Assembly: GCA_001819395.1 (NCBI GenBank)
Contig: MHMQ01000033.1
Location: forward strand, 1-45,635
Direction of reading: 5' to 3'
DNA: 45,635 nucleotides
Source of the DNA: Candidatus Niyogibacteria bacterium RIFCSPLOWO2_01_FULL_45_48
GTDB taxonomy: Bacteria > Patescibacteriota > Minisyncoccia > HO2-45-28
Part shown: piece by piece, positions 1 through 9,410 of the stretch
How positions within the stretch are numbered: the first letter of the stretch is position 1
How the letters are laid out: each line of letters opens with the position of its first letter
Notes under the pieces: model-generated
The model's database searches: none
Seen by the model: the letters and a program-made list of their open reading frames with translations, nothing else
Told to the model about the DNA's origin: nothing
Program-made: the position numbers and the translations under genes

Positions 1-2485
1 CGGCGCGATTTCCGTCTGGGCGCTTACTTTGGATATCCCTGATTTTGAGTCGTTTGACGCCCGAAAAATAATACAATCAACCAAAATATACGACCGATCC
101 GAAAACATTCTCCTTTACGATATACATAACGACATCAGAAGAACAGTCGTACCGCTCGCGGATATTCCTCCGTCCATAAGGAACGCTACCGTGGCGATAG
201 AAGACTCAAGTTTTTATAACCATCGCGGGGTAAGGCCTTTCGCTATCGTACGCGCGGCCCTAGTCAACACCCTATATGGAGGAGCGCGCCAAGGGGGATC
301 AACCATAACCCAGCAGCTGGTCAAAAAAGCCCTTTTAACCGACGAAAAAACAATCAGCCGAAAACTGAAAGAGCTGGTTTTGGCCCTTAAAGTTGAGCGG
401 GTTTTCAATAAAGATGAAATTTTGGGTTTTTACCTAAACGAAATACCCTACGGGTCTTCGGCCTACGGCATTGCGGCCGCCGCCGAAACGTTTTTCGGAA
501 AAAAAGTCCGGGATCTGACCTTGGCCGAGTCGGCTTACTTGGTGTCACTGCCCAACGCTCCGACCTTTTATTCCCCATACGGCTCGCACAGAGACAAGCT
601 TGATGACAGAAAAAATCTGGTTTTAAAAAGGATGCTTGATCTTGGTTTCATAAATTCCGAAGAGGCCCAAAAAGCAACGGAAGAAAAAGTTGAGTTTGTC
701 GCGCGCGGAAACGAAACCCTCAAAGCTCCCCATTTCGTGTTCTACGTTCGGGACTATCTTACCGAAAAGTACGGCGAAGACGCGGTGGAGTCGGGCGGTC
801 TAAAGGTTATAACCACGCTTGATTGGGAACTTCAGCAAAAAGCGGAGGATCTGACCGAACAATTCGTTGAAGACGAGGAAATAAAATTCAATGTTTATAA
901 CGCGGGCCTTACGGCAACGGATCCCCAAACAGGACAAATACTCGTTATGGTCGGATCAAAAAACTGGTTTTCGGACCCGGAACCGGAAGGATGTTCTCCG
1001 GGAGTAGACTGCAAATTTGAACCGCACGTAAACGTAACCGCTTACGCTTCGGGCCGCCAACCCGGGTCGGCTTTCAAGCCGTTTGTTTACGCAACAGCCT
1101 TCAGTAAAGGTTATACGCCCGATACGGCGGTTTTTGACCTTCCGACCGAATTTAATCCGTCGTGCGATCCGGATGCGGCATCTGCCATCGTGAGGGAGGC
1201 CTCCGGCGAAGAAAAAAAGGACGAGTGCTATCATCCTAAAAATTACGACGAAATTTTCCGCGGGCCGGTGACCCTGCGCGAAGCCCTGGCACAGTCAATA
1301 AACATACCGGCAGTTAAAACTTTATATCTTGCCGGAATAAATAACGCGTTAAAAACAGCCGGTTCTTTGGGTATAACAACACTTACCGAGCCTGATCGCT
1401 ACGGATTGTCCTTGGTTTTAGGAGGAGGAGAAGTTAAACTGCTTGAAATGGTGGGCGCTTACGGTGTTTTTGCGAACGACGGAATAAAAAACCCCCTAGT
1501 CGCGATCCTGCGTGTCGAAGACTCGAAAGGAAATATCCTCGAAGAATTCCATCACCAGCCTGCACAAGTCCTCGACCCGCAGACGGCACGTTTAATAAAC
1601 GATATTCTCTCGGACAACGCCGCAAGATCGCCCGCGTTCGGAGTCAGTTCTCCTTTATATTTTCCGGGCTGGAGTGTTGCGGCCAAAACAGGAACAACCA
1701 ACGACTCCCGAGACGCCTGGGTTATAGGATACACGCCGAATCTGGCCTGGGGCGTTTGGTTTGGAAACAACGATAATTCCGAAATGGTTAAAAGCATTGC
1801 CGGATTTATCGCAGCTCCTTTGTGGAATGCTTTTTTTCAAGAGGCGTCGAAAAATTTAGAGAAAAAAGAGTTTGTTCCGCCGGTCTCCGGCTCCGCACAA
1901 AAAGCGGTTCTCAAAGGAGAGTGGCGCGGAAGTAAAACATATTTGATAGACAAAATATCCGGCAAACTTGCAACGGAATTCACTCCGCCCCAATACCGCG
2001 AGGAAAAACCGCTGACCCAAATTCATTCTATTCTTTATTGGGTTGATAAAAACAATCCGGACGGGCCGTTTCCGGAAAATTCGTCGGCAGATTCGCAATT
2101 TAGTTTGTGGGAATATCCGGTAAGATTATGGACCCAGTCAAAAAATATCCGCGAAGAAAACGAAAACGATATTCCGTCTCAGTTCGACGACGTCCATCTG
2201 CCTGAGTACGAACCAAAAATTTCTTTCCACATTCCGCCTCCCGACGAAACTTCCTACTCGGGATTGGTTCCGTTTTCCATATCCGCGTCGTCGCGCTATC
2301 CCGTAAGCCAAATGGACATTATTTTCGGAAACAGGTTCATGGGATCGATAAAAAATCCGCCGTACTTTTTTTCCATAGACTTGTCCAAAATAAAAGATCT
2401 TAAGCCTCAGGAAAAACTGGTAATAAATATTTACGATAGTGTCGGAAACAGGTCTTCTCTGGAAAAAGACATCCGCTTAAAATAA
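1..2485 (+). CDS. class A penicillin-binding protein (PBP1A-type glycosyltransferase + transpeptidase), 5' end cut by window edge
   Basis: The frame is open from nt 2, with no stop before the listed TTG at 29, so the N-terminus lies outside the window. GT51 motifs are present (EDSSFYNHRGV, RQGGSTITQQLVK), followed by transpeptidase motifs SAFK (SxxK), SIN (SxN) and KTGTT. Confidence 0.9.
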   Translation, partial: GAISVWALTLDIPDFESFDARKIIQSTKIYDRSENILLYDIHNDIRRTVVPLADIPPSIRNATVAIEDSSFYNHRGVRPFAIVRAALVNTLYGGARQGGSTITQQLVKKALLTDEKTISRKLKELVLALKVERVFNKDEILGFYLNEIPYGSSAYGIAAAAETFFGKKVRDLTLAESAYLVSLPNAPTFYSPYGSHRDKLDDRKNLVLKRMLDLGFINSEEAQKATEEKVEFVARGNETLKAPHFVFYVRDYLTEKYGEDAVESGGLKVITTLDWELQQKAEDLTEQFVEDEEIKFNVYNAGLTATDPQTGQILVMVGSKNWFSDPEPEGCSPGVDCKFEPHVNVTAYASGRQPGSAFKPFVYATAFSKGYTPDTAVFDLPTEFNPSCDPDAASAIVREASGEEKKDECYHPKNYDEIFRGPVTLREALAQSINIPAVKTLYLAGINNALKTAGSLGITTLTEPDRYGLSLVLGGGEVKLLEMVGAYGVFANDGIKNPLVAILRVEDSKGNILEEFHHQPAQVLDPQTARLINDILSDNAARSPAFGVSSPLYFPGWSVAAKTGTTNDSRDAWVIGYTPNLAWGVWFGNNDNSEMVKSIAGFIAAPLWNAFFQEASKNLEKKEFVPPVSGSAQKAVLKGEWRGSKTYLIDKISGKLATEFTPPQYREEKPLTQIHSILYWVDKNNPDGPFPENSSADSQFSLWEYPVRLWTQSKNIREENENDIPSQFDDVHLPEYEPKISFHIPPPDETSYSGLVPFSISASSRYPVSQMDIIFGNRFMGSIKNPPYFFSIDLSKIKDLKPQEKLVINIYDSVGNRSSLEKDIRLK

Positions 2486-2758
2486 CTACTTGAAGAGAAT
2501 CTTCTCCGGGGCTTTTTCACCGAATTTGTCTCTTAATTCTTTAAAAAGGGAGTTCTGCGCGGTAAAAATAACGGTTTTAGCCGAGGCGCTTCTTGTTGAA
2601 ATGATTATATTGGGTCTCCGTACTTTAATGCTTATTTCTTTCGGATCCAGGTTGGTTTTTTTTAAACACCATCCGACAACTTCTTTTTCCACGGCCGAGC
2701 CGTGGTTTTTTATATTTTCAAACCTCTCGAGAAGTTCAAAAATTTTTTTAAAAGACAT
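2486..2758 (-). CDS. DUF721/DciA-like small protein (tentative)
   Basis: 90-aa ORF directly downstream of dnaN on the same strand. Its size, its position in the dnaA-dnaN cluster and its C-terminal pattern resemble DUF721 proteins. Assigned by recall only. Confidence 0.4.
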   Translation of the reverse strand: MSFKKIFELLERFENIKNHGSAVEKEVVGWCLKKTNLDPKEISIKVRRPNIIISTRSASAKTVIFTAQNSLFKELRDKFGEKAPEKILFK

Positions 2759-2763
2759 CGTAA

Positions 2764-3879
2764 TCAGGAACTCTTCATCGGCATCACCAGATACAAATAG
2801 GAAACATCCCTGGGGTTTTGTATCAAAAGCGGCCGATTCGCGCCGGAAAAACGCAAAATAACTCCGTCTGAATTCACGGGCTCAAGGCCCTCAAGTAAAT
2901 ACCTTTGATTAAAGGATATCTCCAAATTCTCTCCGGTTATTTGCGCCGGAAGATGGCTTGTGTGTTCTCCGAACTCGTTGTCGCTGGTGGTTATTTCGAG
3001 AAGGTTGTCCCCGGAATAAATGCGCATTTTTATTTCTTTTAGGCGTCCCGACAAAACTCCGGCCAATTTTAAATTTTCGATAAGATCTTTTTTAGACAGG
3101 GTGGCTTCAGTGGTAAACGATGATGGTATTATTTGTTCGTAATCAGGAAAACTTCCTTCCGTCAGCCGGGTAAAGTATGAAAAATAAGGATGCGAAACAA
3201 AAAGATGCTGGGCGTCGAAGTTTATTTCGACCTGGTCGTCAAAATTTTCTATTATTTTCATAAAATTCGACGCTGATCTCGCCGGAAAAAGAAAAGACCC
3301 TGTTTTTTCAAAATTTGCTTCGAAAGATTTCTCGGCTAAACGGAAAGAATCCGTGGCCGTTATTTTAAGCGAGCCCTCGGACTTATTCTTACTTCCTCCG
3401 GCCGAAAACAAAATAGCCGATATTTCCGGTTTAATGTCCGAATTCGCCGCGGCGAAAAAAACATTTTTTAAATTAGAAAAAAGTTTCTCTGTTTCCAAAA
3501 CCAGCTTATAACCGTTTTTTATTTTTGGTAATTTAGGAAAATCCTCGTTGTTGTATGTTTTTAAAACTGTAGATGTATTTTTTGTCGTCAGATATAAATT
3601 TCCTTCCTTCGACTCCATTTTTATTTTTTCGTCGTTTATGGACGACAACACCGATATGGCCGGTTTTGACGGAATAACCAACTCCCCCTCTTTTTTAATT
3701 TGAGCGGGTATTTTTGTTTCAAAACCGCTGTATAAGTCGGTCGATCTTATAATTAAATTATTTTTCTCGGCTTTTAAAAACACTCCGGTAAGAATCGGAT
3801 TTGTTTCTGTATGATTTGTATGTCTGTCGGCCAGTTGAAGACATTTTTGTATTTGGTTTTTTACACAGACCAGTTCCAT
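2764..3879 (-). CDS. dnaN: DNA polymerase III beta sliding clamp
   Basis: 371 aa, immediately downstream of dnaA. Clamp-sized three-domain protein with a typical N-terminus (NPILTGVFLKAEKNNLIIRSTDL) and C-terminus (RPLLIQNP..YLVMPM). Confidence 0.9.
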   Translation of the reverse strand: MELVCVKNQIQKCLQLADRHTNHTETNPILTGVFLKAEKNNLIIRSTDLYSGFETKIPAQIKKEGELVIPSKPAISVLSSINDEKIKMESKEGNLYLTTKNTSTVLKTYNNEDFPKLPKIKNGYKLVLETEKLFSNLKNVFFAAANSDIKPEISAILFSAGGSKNKSEGSLKITATDSFRLAEKSFEANFEKTGSFLFPARSASNFMKIIENFDDQVEINFDAQHLFVSHPYFSYFTRLTEGSFPDYEQIIPSSFTTEATLSKKDLIENLKLAGVLSGRLKEIKMRIYSGDNLLEITTSDNEFGEHTSHLPAQITGENLEISFNQRYLLEGLEPVNSDGVILRFSGANRPLLIQNPRDVSYLYLVMPMKSS

Positions 3880-4089
3880 AATATATTTTTATTTAATTTA
3901 AATAACTGTTGAAGTAGATACTCATGTGAATAAGTGGAAAGCACGTTTTAATCTTTATTTACAACAAATTTTAACACGGACTTTTTGTTGTTTTTGTGGA
4001 TAATCAGTGAAAAAAACCATGTAACTTTTGCGCCGGCAGAAAAAAATTTTAATTGTAAACATTTTTTCAACAGGATTTCCTAAAAATAA
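3880..4089. promoter_or_regulatory. dnaA-dnaN intergenic region with DnaA boxes (candidate oriC segment)
   Basis: AT-rich 210 bp. A perfect DnaA box TGTGGATAA (reverse complement of TTATCCACA) lies at 3995-4003, and an 8/9 box TGTGAATAA at 3925-3933. Confidence 0.5.
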
Positions 4090-5451
4090 TCACTGTTTTT
4101 CTTCTTCATATAACTGCGCTCTAATTGTTTTCAATTCTTCTTTAAGCCGATCGTCTTTTTTCAGATCGTTTAATATTTTTGTATAGGCGTGTATGGCTGT
4201 TGTGTGATCGCGGCCGCCAAATTTCTTGCCGATATAAGGAAAAGAGCCGTTAAAATCCTCCCTCATAAGATACATGGCAATCTGTCTGGGTTTAACCACC
4301 TCCTTTCTTCTTGTTTTTTCAAAAAGATTTTTTTCAGGCACTTCGTAAAATTGGGCTATTTTTCTTATTATATGCTGAGAGCTCAGGGTTTTTCTTGGTT
4401 TCTCGTTTTTGATCAGTATTTCTTTGACTTCAGGCAGGCTTAACGGTCTTTTTTTGATTTTGGATCTCGCGATTATTGAATTGAGTGATCCTTCAAGCTC
4501 TCTTATGTTGGACTGAACGCTTGCCGCTATGTGTTCCAACACTTCGGAAGACGGCCTATATTCCTGTTTCTCGGCCGCCTTAGACTGGAGTATCGCGAGT
4601 CTTGTCTCATAGTCCGGTTCGGCTATATCGGCAATCATTCCGCCCTCAAAGCGGGATCTTAATCGGTCTTCTATGTTGGAAATGGACTTGGGCGGGCGGT
4701 CCGAGGAGAATATGATTTGTTTGTTTGCCTGATACAGGGTATTGAAAGTATGGAATATTTCTTCCTGCGTGGACGACCCGCGGCTTGATATAAACTGAAT
4801 ATCGTCGAGTATCATTACGTCATAGGAACGATATTTATCTTTAAAAATCCCTGTTTCGTTATTCCTGATGGCTGAGACCAGCTCATTGGCGAATCTTTCG
4901 GCTGAAATATAAAAGATCTTTTTTTCCGGACGGTCTGTTTTTATTTTGTTTCCTATGGCCTGCATTAAATGAGTCTTGCCCAGTCCCACTCCGCCGTAAA
5001 TAAAAAGCGGGTTATATAAAACCCCGAGGTTGTTTATTACCGATAAAGCCGAAGCGTGGACCAGCTCGTTAAACGTACCCACAATAAAGTTATCAAAAGT
5101 GTATCGTGGGTTGAGATTTGTCTCCCGATCTATATATATCTCCCTAAAGTCCATTTGTTCCTCGGCGTTTTTGGTTTCGGACACCTTTTTCTCTTGCGGA
5201 GCCTCCTTGGACACGACCTTGAACTCGATTGAACGCACTTCGGGTGAACGTAGGCGCAGAAATTTTAAAATATTTTTTTGGTATTTGTCCTCGAGCCACT
5301 CTTTAACGAAAGCTGACGGAGTTCCTACGGTTATTTTTCCTTCTGACTGGTCAGCGACAAAAGTGTTTTGAAACCATGTCGCGAAATTGGCCTTTGAGAC
5401 CGTCAGTTCCAGTTCCCCAAGGATTTCTCTCCAGAGCTCTTCGTTGGTCAT
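4090..5451 (-). CDS. dnaA: chromosomal replication initiator DnaA
   Basis: 453 aa. Walker A GGVGLGKTHL, Walker B ILDDIQF, and a C-terminal DNA-binding domain (VKPRQIAMYL..GGRDHTTAIHAY). Confidence 0.97.
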   Translation of the reverse strand: MTNEELWREILGELELTVSKANFATWFQNTFVADQSEGKITVGTPSAFVKEWLEDKYQKNILKFLRLRSPEVRSIEFKVVSKEAPQEKKVSETKNAEEQMDFREIYIDRETNLNPRYTFDNFIVGTFNELVHASALSVINNLGVLYNPLFIYGGVGLGKTHLMQAIGNKIKTDRPEKKIFYISAERFANELVSAIRNNETGIFKDKYRSYDVMILDDIQFISSRGSSTQEEIFHTFNTLYQANKQIIFSSDRPPKSISNIEDRLRSRFEGGMIADIAEPDYETRLAILQSKAAEKQEYRPSSEVLEHIAASVQSNIRELEGSLNSIIARSKIKKRPLSLPEVKEILIKNEKPRKTLSSQHIIRKIAQFYEVPEKNLFEKTRRKEVVKPRQIAMYLMREDFNGSFPYIGKKFGGRDHTTAIHAYTKILNDLKKDDRLKEELKTIRAQLYEEEKQ

Positions 5452-5708
5452 ATATTGATTGAATTTATTAAGAAAACTTTTTAAAAAATTTTAAGACAAT
5501 GTTTATATTATATCCTCGATGTTTCTCGTTTACTAATGTCCGGATTTTTACTAAACCTTAATACTGATGTTAATAAAGTGTGGATGTCTTGTGAATATTG
5601 TTCGGGCTGTTTTTTTGTGGTAAGGTTAAATAATCGCCTGAAAATTTTTAACAAAAGCGGAGGGATTCGACGGACAGGTCTTATTATTCAATAAAAACCA
5701 GGCCTTGT
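5452..5708. promoter_or_regulatory. divergent rpmH/dnaA intergenic region (candidate oriC segment and promoters)
   Basis: 257-bp AT-rich spacer. Degenerate DnaA boxes TGTGGATGT at 5579-5587 and TGTGAATAT at 5590-5598, plus long A/T runs at 5461-5520. Confidence 0.4.
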
Positions 5709-5849
5709 ATGCCAAAAAGAACATATCAGCCAAAGCGCCGTAAAAGAAGAAGAGTCCACGGATTTCTTAAGAGGTCAAGGTCCGCGGGCGGGAGGCGCGT
5801 TTTAAGCGCCCGTAGGAAAAAAGGACGCAAAAGACTCACGGTTAAATAA
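5709..5849 (+). CDS. rpmH: 50S ribosomal protein L34
   Basis: Not in the ORF track because it is under 60 aa. Translation from ATG 5709 is [46 protein letters not shown], with stop TAA at 5847-5849. The stop overlaps the rnpA start (TAATG). This is the classic rpmH-rnpA arrangement. Confidence 0.95.
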   Translation: MPKRTYQPKRRKRRRVHGFLKRSRSAGGRRVLSARRKKGRKRLTVK

Positions 5850-6190
5850 TGGCGTTTGCGCGTAAAAACCGCCTAAGCGGCAAAAATGCCGTAAACGCCG
5901 TCATCCGCGGGGGGAGAAAGGTTGTCAGCGGAGGTTTTATCGCCTATTTCAAAGAGTCCGCGGAAAAAAATTGGAGGGCGGCGATATCGGTTTCAAAAAA
6001 AGTGGATAAACGCTCGACGGTCAGGAATAAGTTGCGCCGCCGGATAAGTGAAATAATGAAAAAAAACATTACCGGAAAAAACAGATGTTTTGATATATTT
6101 ATTCAGGTCCGTCCAGAAGCGGCAGGTCTTGATTTTGAACGGCTGAACGGCGAATTTGTCCGAGTTTTTAAATCTATGGCGAGTTTATAA
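5849..6190 (+). CDS. rnpA: ribonuclease P protein component
   Basis: 113 aa, basic, with the RNR-type motif (RNKLRRRISE). Located between rpmH and yidC. Confidence 0.9.
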   Translation: MAFARKNRLSGKNAVNAVIRGGRKVVSGGFIAYFKESAEKNWRAAISVSKKVDKRSTVRNKLRRRISEIMKKNITGKNRCFDIFIQVRPEAAGLDFERLNGEFVRVFKSMASL

Positions 6191-6192
6191 AA

Positions 6193-6963
6193 ATGTCCTG
6201 GTTCTCATTTCTTTTTAACGAAATTTTTTATCGCCCGCTTTTAAATGCGCTGGTGTTTTTGACCGATGTCCTGCCGTTTAACGACTTAGGGTTCGCGGTT
6301 ATTGTGCTTACTCTTACGGTTCGCCTTGCCTTATCTCCCTTGATGCACCGTTCTATAAAAACGCAGCAAAAAATGAAAATGATAGAGCCGGAACTTAAAA
6401 AAATAAAAGACGGTTTCAAAAATAAAGAGGAGCAGGCAAAGCGCACAATGGAACTTTACCGCGCGCACGGTGTCAATCCGCTTTCGGGGGTACTGCTTCT
6501 GTTTTTACAGCTTCCGGTTCTTATAGCGCTCTATCTGGTTTTTCGCGCGAGTATCCAGCCCGATCCGTCGTATCTTTATTCTTTCGTTCCTGTGCCGTCC
6601 CATATAAACTCTTTTTTTCTGGGACTGATTGATCTCGGGCGCGGAAGCATTGTTCTTGCGGCCACCGCCGCCGTTTCACAGTTTGTCCAGATAAAACTTG
6701 CGCAACTGCCGCAAACGGCGCAAAAACAGCAAAAGACCGCAAACGACTTCGGAAAGATGTTCAGCCTGCAGATGACTTATTTCATGCCGGTTTTCATTTT
6801 TTTTATCGCGATGCGTTTTCCGTCCGCGGTGGCTTTGTATTGGACAACCCTCAACCTTTTTGCTATAGTGCACGAGTGGGTGGTGCGGGAAAAGGCCAAA
6901 AATATTTATGATACCGGAGGAAACAACAAAGAAAATTCAAACGATAATACAAAACATGATTGA
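6193..6963 (+). CDS. yidC: membrane protein insertase YidC (short form)
   Basis: 256 aa, multi-TM, with a YidC/Oxa1 core pattern (LSPLMHRSIKTQQKM..ELYRAHGVNPLSG). Synteny with rnpA and jag supports the call. Confidence 0.9.
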   Translation: MSWFSFLFNEIFYRPLLNALVFLTDVLPFNDLGFAVIVLTLTVRLALSPLMHRSIKTQQKMKMIEPELKKIKDGFKNKEEQAKRTMELYRAHGVNPLSGVLLLFLQLPVLIALYLVFRASIQPDPSYLYSFVPVPSHINSFFLGLIDLGRGSIVLAATAAVSQFVQIKLAQLPQTAQKQQKTANDFGKMFSLQMTYFMPVFIFFIAMRFPSAVALYWTTLNLFAIVHEWVVREKAKNIYDTGGNNKENSNDNTKHD

Positions 6964-7372
6964 CCGGATGGGATGTTCCGGTTCGGTGGACCTTATCGAA
7001 TATCCCGAAAATCTTTTTTTTACGGTTCACACCAGAGACGGCGGAATTTTAATAGGAGAGGACGGGGAAAGACTCAAAGCGCTTAACCACGTTGTTCGCA
7101 AGATGGTTGAGCGCGAATTTCCGAGCGATGCCGACGATTTGAGATTTTTTGTGGACATCAACGATTACCAAAAACAAAAAATAGAAGAGATAAAAGACCT
7201 TGCGCGCCTTTCGGCCCAGCGGGTGCGTTATTTTAAAAAAGAAGTTGAAATGCGCCCGATGACCGCATATGAACGGCGGATAATCCATGCGACACTCACC
7301 GAATATCCGGACATCGTCACTCAAAGCACCGGCGAAGGAATGGAAAGGAGGGTGGTGATAAAGCCGCTCTAA
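6908..7372 (+). CDS. jag: Jag/KhpB-type KH + R3H RNA-binding protein
   Basis: Contains the R3H motif (ERRIIHATL) and follows yidC. The listed start overlaps yidC by 56 nt. An alternative ATG at 6956 (MIDRMG) would overlap it by only 8 nt. Confidence 0.8.
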   Translation: MIPEETTKKIQTIIQNMIDRMGCSGSVDLIEYPENLFFTVHTRDGGILIGEDGERLKALNHVVRKMVEREFPSDADDLRFFVDINDYQKQKIEEIKDLARLSAQRVRYFKKEVEMRPMTAYERRIIHATLTEYPDIVTQSTGEGMERRVVIKPL

Positions 7373-7376
7373 AAAA

Positions 7377-8537
7377 TTAGTTAACTATCCTGAGGCTCCA
7401 AAGTGAGCCGTTGTTTTTTTCCGTGAAATATAGAAACTTGCCGTCTTCGGAAAGCGCCACTTGTTCTATGTCGAACCCACGATCAGCCAGTTGTTTTCTT
7501 TGTCCGCCCGCGGAATCAATTTCCCAGACCAAGTCGTTTGTTGATACGGCGCCCCTCATCCAATCGTCCGGGTAGAGGGATGCGGGCAGGTTGCGGTCAA
7601 GTCCGCAGTAAATCTTGTTCTGGTTATTTTTTGAGAAAACGCACTTGTCGGCGAGTCCCAGCAGCTGAATGTTGGCTGTTTCTTTGGTTTTTAGATTATA
7701 TACGTATAATCTTGGCTGGCGGAATTGCGAGTCGTATGCCGAGTAGACCAGTTTTTGGCCGTCGGCCGAGAATTTTATTTGCAGACCGGCGAGATTATCC
7801 AAAATTTTATCCAAGGTTCCTGCCGATATGCTGTATCTGAAGAGAAATCCCCCGGCTGATCCAGATGGACGGCTCAAAAAATATACGAAATTATTTTCCG
7901 GCCAGAAGATGTCGAAATCTTTGAACGGCAGGTTTGTTGTCTCGGTTTGTTTTGTGTTGTCGGGGTCCGCGGCGATCAATCTTGAGCCGGCGGATGTTGG
8001 TACTAAGTAGGCGATTCGGTTTCTGTCGGGCGCGAAAGCAAATGAGATTATGTTTTGCGGGAGGACAACCGCCCTGGTTGAAGTTGAAACGAATTCGGCG
8101 GAGACGGTTCTCGTGTTTCCGCTCTCCAAGTATCTAAGAACCGTTTTTGACGCGTTTGGAGACCACGCGGAATCAAAAATTCCGGTTATGGTCGTATTTG
8201 AAACGCGCGTTTGCTCCTCTCCCCTCGGGCCTATTTCGGAGACGTGTCCGTTTTGTTTTGAAATGTATCTTACGCCCTTTTGGGTTGGAGTAAAACTTTC
8301 AATTGGCCCCGAATCCAGAAGCAGAAGGGCTGGTTTTTCCCCTTCTTCTGTCGGGGTTGGGGTTGTTGTGACCGGCTCCTCTTCCCCCCCGCCGAACAAC
8401 CCGAAAGGAAATCTTAAAATAGTCCCCCGCTCCGTCGTTGTTGGTTCTTCCGCGGGTCTCATTGTAAGCCAAATCGCCCCGCCGGCGATTACGAGTATGA
8501 AAAATATTATTAATCCGATGGCTAAAGGTTTATTCAT
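7377..8537 (-). CDS. membrane-anchored secreted protein, TolB/PD40-like beta-propeller repeats (tentative)
   Basis: 386 aa with an N-terminal TM helix and a low-complexity linker. Repeated segments (..RIAYLV.., FSADGQKLVYSAY, LSEDGKFLYFTE) are typical of PD40 blades. Confidence 0.45.
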   Translation of the reverse strand: MNKPLAIGLIIFFILVIAGGAIWLTMRPAEEPTTTERGTILRFPFGLFGGGEEEPVTTTPTPTEEGEKPALLLLDSGPIESFTPTQKGVRYISKQNGHVSEIGPRGEEQTRVSNTTITGIFDSAWSPNASKTVLRYLESGNTRTVSAEFVSTSTRAVVLPQNIISFAFAPDRNRIAYLVPTSAGSRLIAADPDNTKQTETTNLPFKDFDIFWPENNFVYFLSRPSGSAGGFLFRYSISAGTLDKILDNLAGLQIKFSADGQKLVYSAYDSQFRQPRLYVYNLKTKETANIQLLGLADKCVFSKNNQNKIYCGLDRNLPASLYPDDWMRGAVSTNDLVWEIDSAGGQRKQLADRGFDIEQVALSEDGKFLYFTEKNNGSLWSLRIVN

Positions 8538-8624
8538 CCGCTGATTTTATTATACCATACACTAGTCGTTGTGTTTTTGTGGTCAACCGAATTTTTACTA
8601 AAACTAAAACATTCTAAACCTTCA

Positions 8625-8645
8625 CCCTGGGATCGAATCCCAGGG
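8625..8645. repeat. hairpin repeat family P1, copy 1 (CCCTGGGAT-CGA-ATCCCAGGG)
   Basis: Perfect 9-bp stem with a 3-nt loop, 23 nt upstream of the Y1-transposase-like start codon. Confidence 0.9.
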
Positions 8646-8668
8646 AAGACTGTGCTACAATTATTTAT

Positions 8669-9364
8669 ATGCCCACCTTTAAGCCACAACTGGCCGATGA
8701 TGAGATATATCATATTTATAATCGCGGAATAGATGGCAAAATCGTTTTTCCTAAAAACGAGTACTATGAAAGATTTATTCAGGGATTAGGCTTGTTTAAC
8801 ACAGCAGATCCGGTAAACATTAAGGATGTGGTCGTCAATTCCAGCAACCCTGGGATTCGATCCCAGGGAAGAGGGGGCGAAAGGCTTGTTGATGTTGGCC
8901 TATTTAATCTTAGGCCGACACACTATCATTTGTTACTCAGACAAGTTGTCCCGAATGGCATATCCCTTTTTATGCAGAAAATTGGTACTGGTTTTACCAC
9001 TTTTTATAATTTAAAAAACAAGAGATCCGGTCCTTTGTTTCAGGGAGCCTTTCGAGCAAAGTTGGTAGACAAAGACCGTTATTTAAAGCACCTTTTTGCG
9101 TATATTGCGTTAAATAGCCTTGATAATGATATGCCGGAGTGGAGAGATGGCGGTATCACCGACCGGAAAAAAGCAGAAGAACTTCTGATCAATGCCAAGT
9201 GGTCAAATTTCGGGTCGTTGTTTAAAAATGACAAAAGATTTAATGGGGTTGTCAACGAAGATTTTGTGAAGGAATTTTTTGATAGCCATAGTGAACTCAA
9301 AGAGTTCGTTTTGTCCTGGGGTGTTGCCGAGGCGGATTTAATAAAAGAAATAACTGCTGGTTAA
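8669..9364 (+). CDS. HUH/Y1 tyrosine transposase-like protein (IS200 / REP-associated RAYT-like)
   Basis: 231 aa. N-terminal IYHIYNRG, HUH motif THYHLLL, FQGAFRAK, and C-terminal Tyr motif FAYIALNS. This matches the COG1943/Y1_Tnp pattern. The gene is flanked by P1 hairpins. Confidence 0.75.
   Translation: MPTFKPQLADDEIYHIYNRGIDGKIVFPKNEYYERFIQGLGLFNTADPVNIKDVVVNSSNPGIRSQGRGGERLVDVGLFNLRPTHYHLLLRQVVPNGISLFMQKIGTGFTTFYNLKNKRSGPLFQGAFRAKLVDKDRYLKHLFAYIALNSLDNDMPEWRDGGITDRKKAEELLINAKWSNFGSLFKNDKRFNGVVNEDFVKEFFDSHSELKEFVLSWGVAEADLIKEITAG
8848..8868. repeat. hairpin repeat family P1, copy 2, inside the CDS (CCCTGGGAT-TCG-ATCCCAGGG)
   Basis: Same 9-bp stem with the loop inverted (TCG instead of CGA). 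It is read in frame as NPGIRSQG within 8669-9364. Confidence 0.9.
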
Positions 9365-9368
9365 AAAT

Positions 9369-9387
9369 CCTGGGATCGAATCCCAGG
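9369..9387. repeat. hairpin repeat family P1, copy 3 (CCTGGGAT-CGA-ATCCCAGG)
   Basis: 8-bp stem and 3-nt loop, 5 nt after the stop codon of 8669-9364. Confidence 0.85.
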
Positions 9388-9410
9388 AATCCCAATAGTT
9401 TTCGGATAAT

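Noticed and set aside
2490-2861. 123-aa plus-strand ORF antisense to the DUF721-like gene and the dnaN 3' end
   Set aside because: It is antisense to two better-supported genes, has a hydrophobic low-complexity translation and no start context. The same reasoning applies to the many other antisense ORFs in the track, such as those inside pnp, pcrA, comM and the VirB6-like gene.
5543-5558. Shared ATTTTTACTAAA block with 8590-8605
   Set aside because: It is a short AT-rich match in AT-rich spacers, and chance similarity is likely.
8631-8641. P1 hairpin as a tRNA fragment (GGGATCGAATCCC compared with the T-arm GGTTCGAATCC)
   Set aside because: Only the T-arm-like stem-loop is present, with no acceptor or anticodon arms. 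It is treated as a repeat, and the resemblance is noted only as a possible origin.
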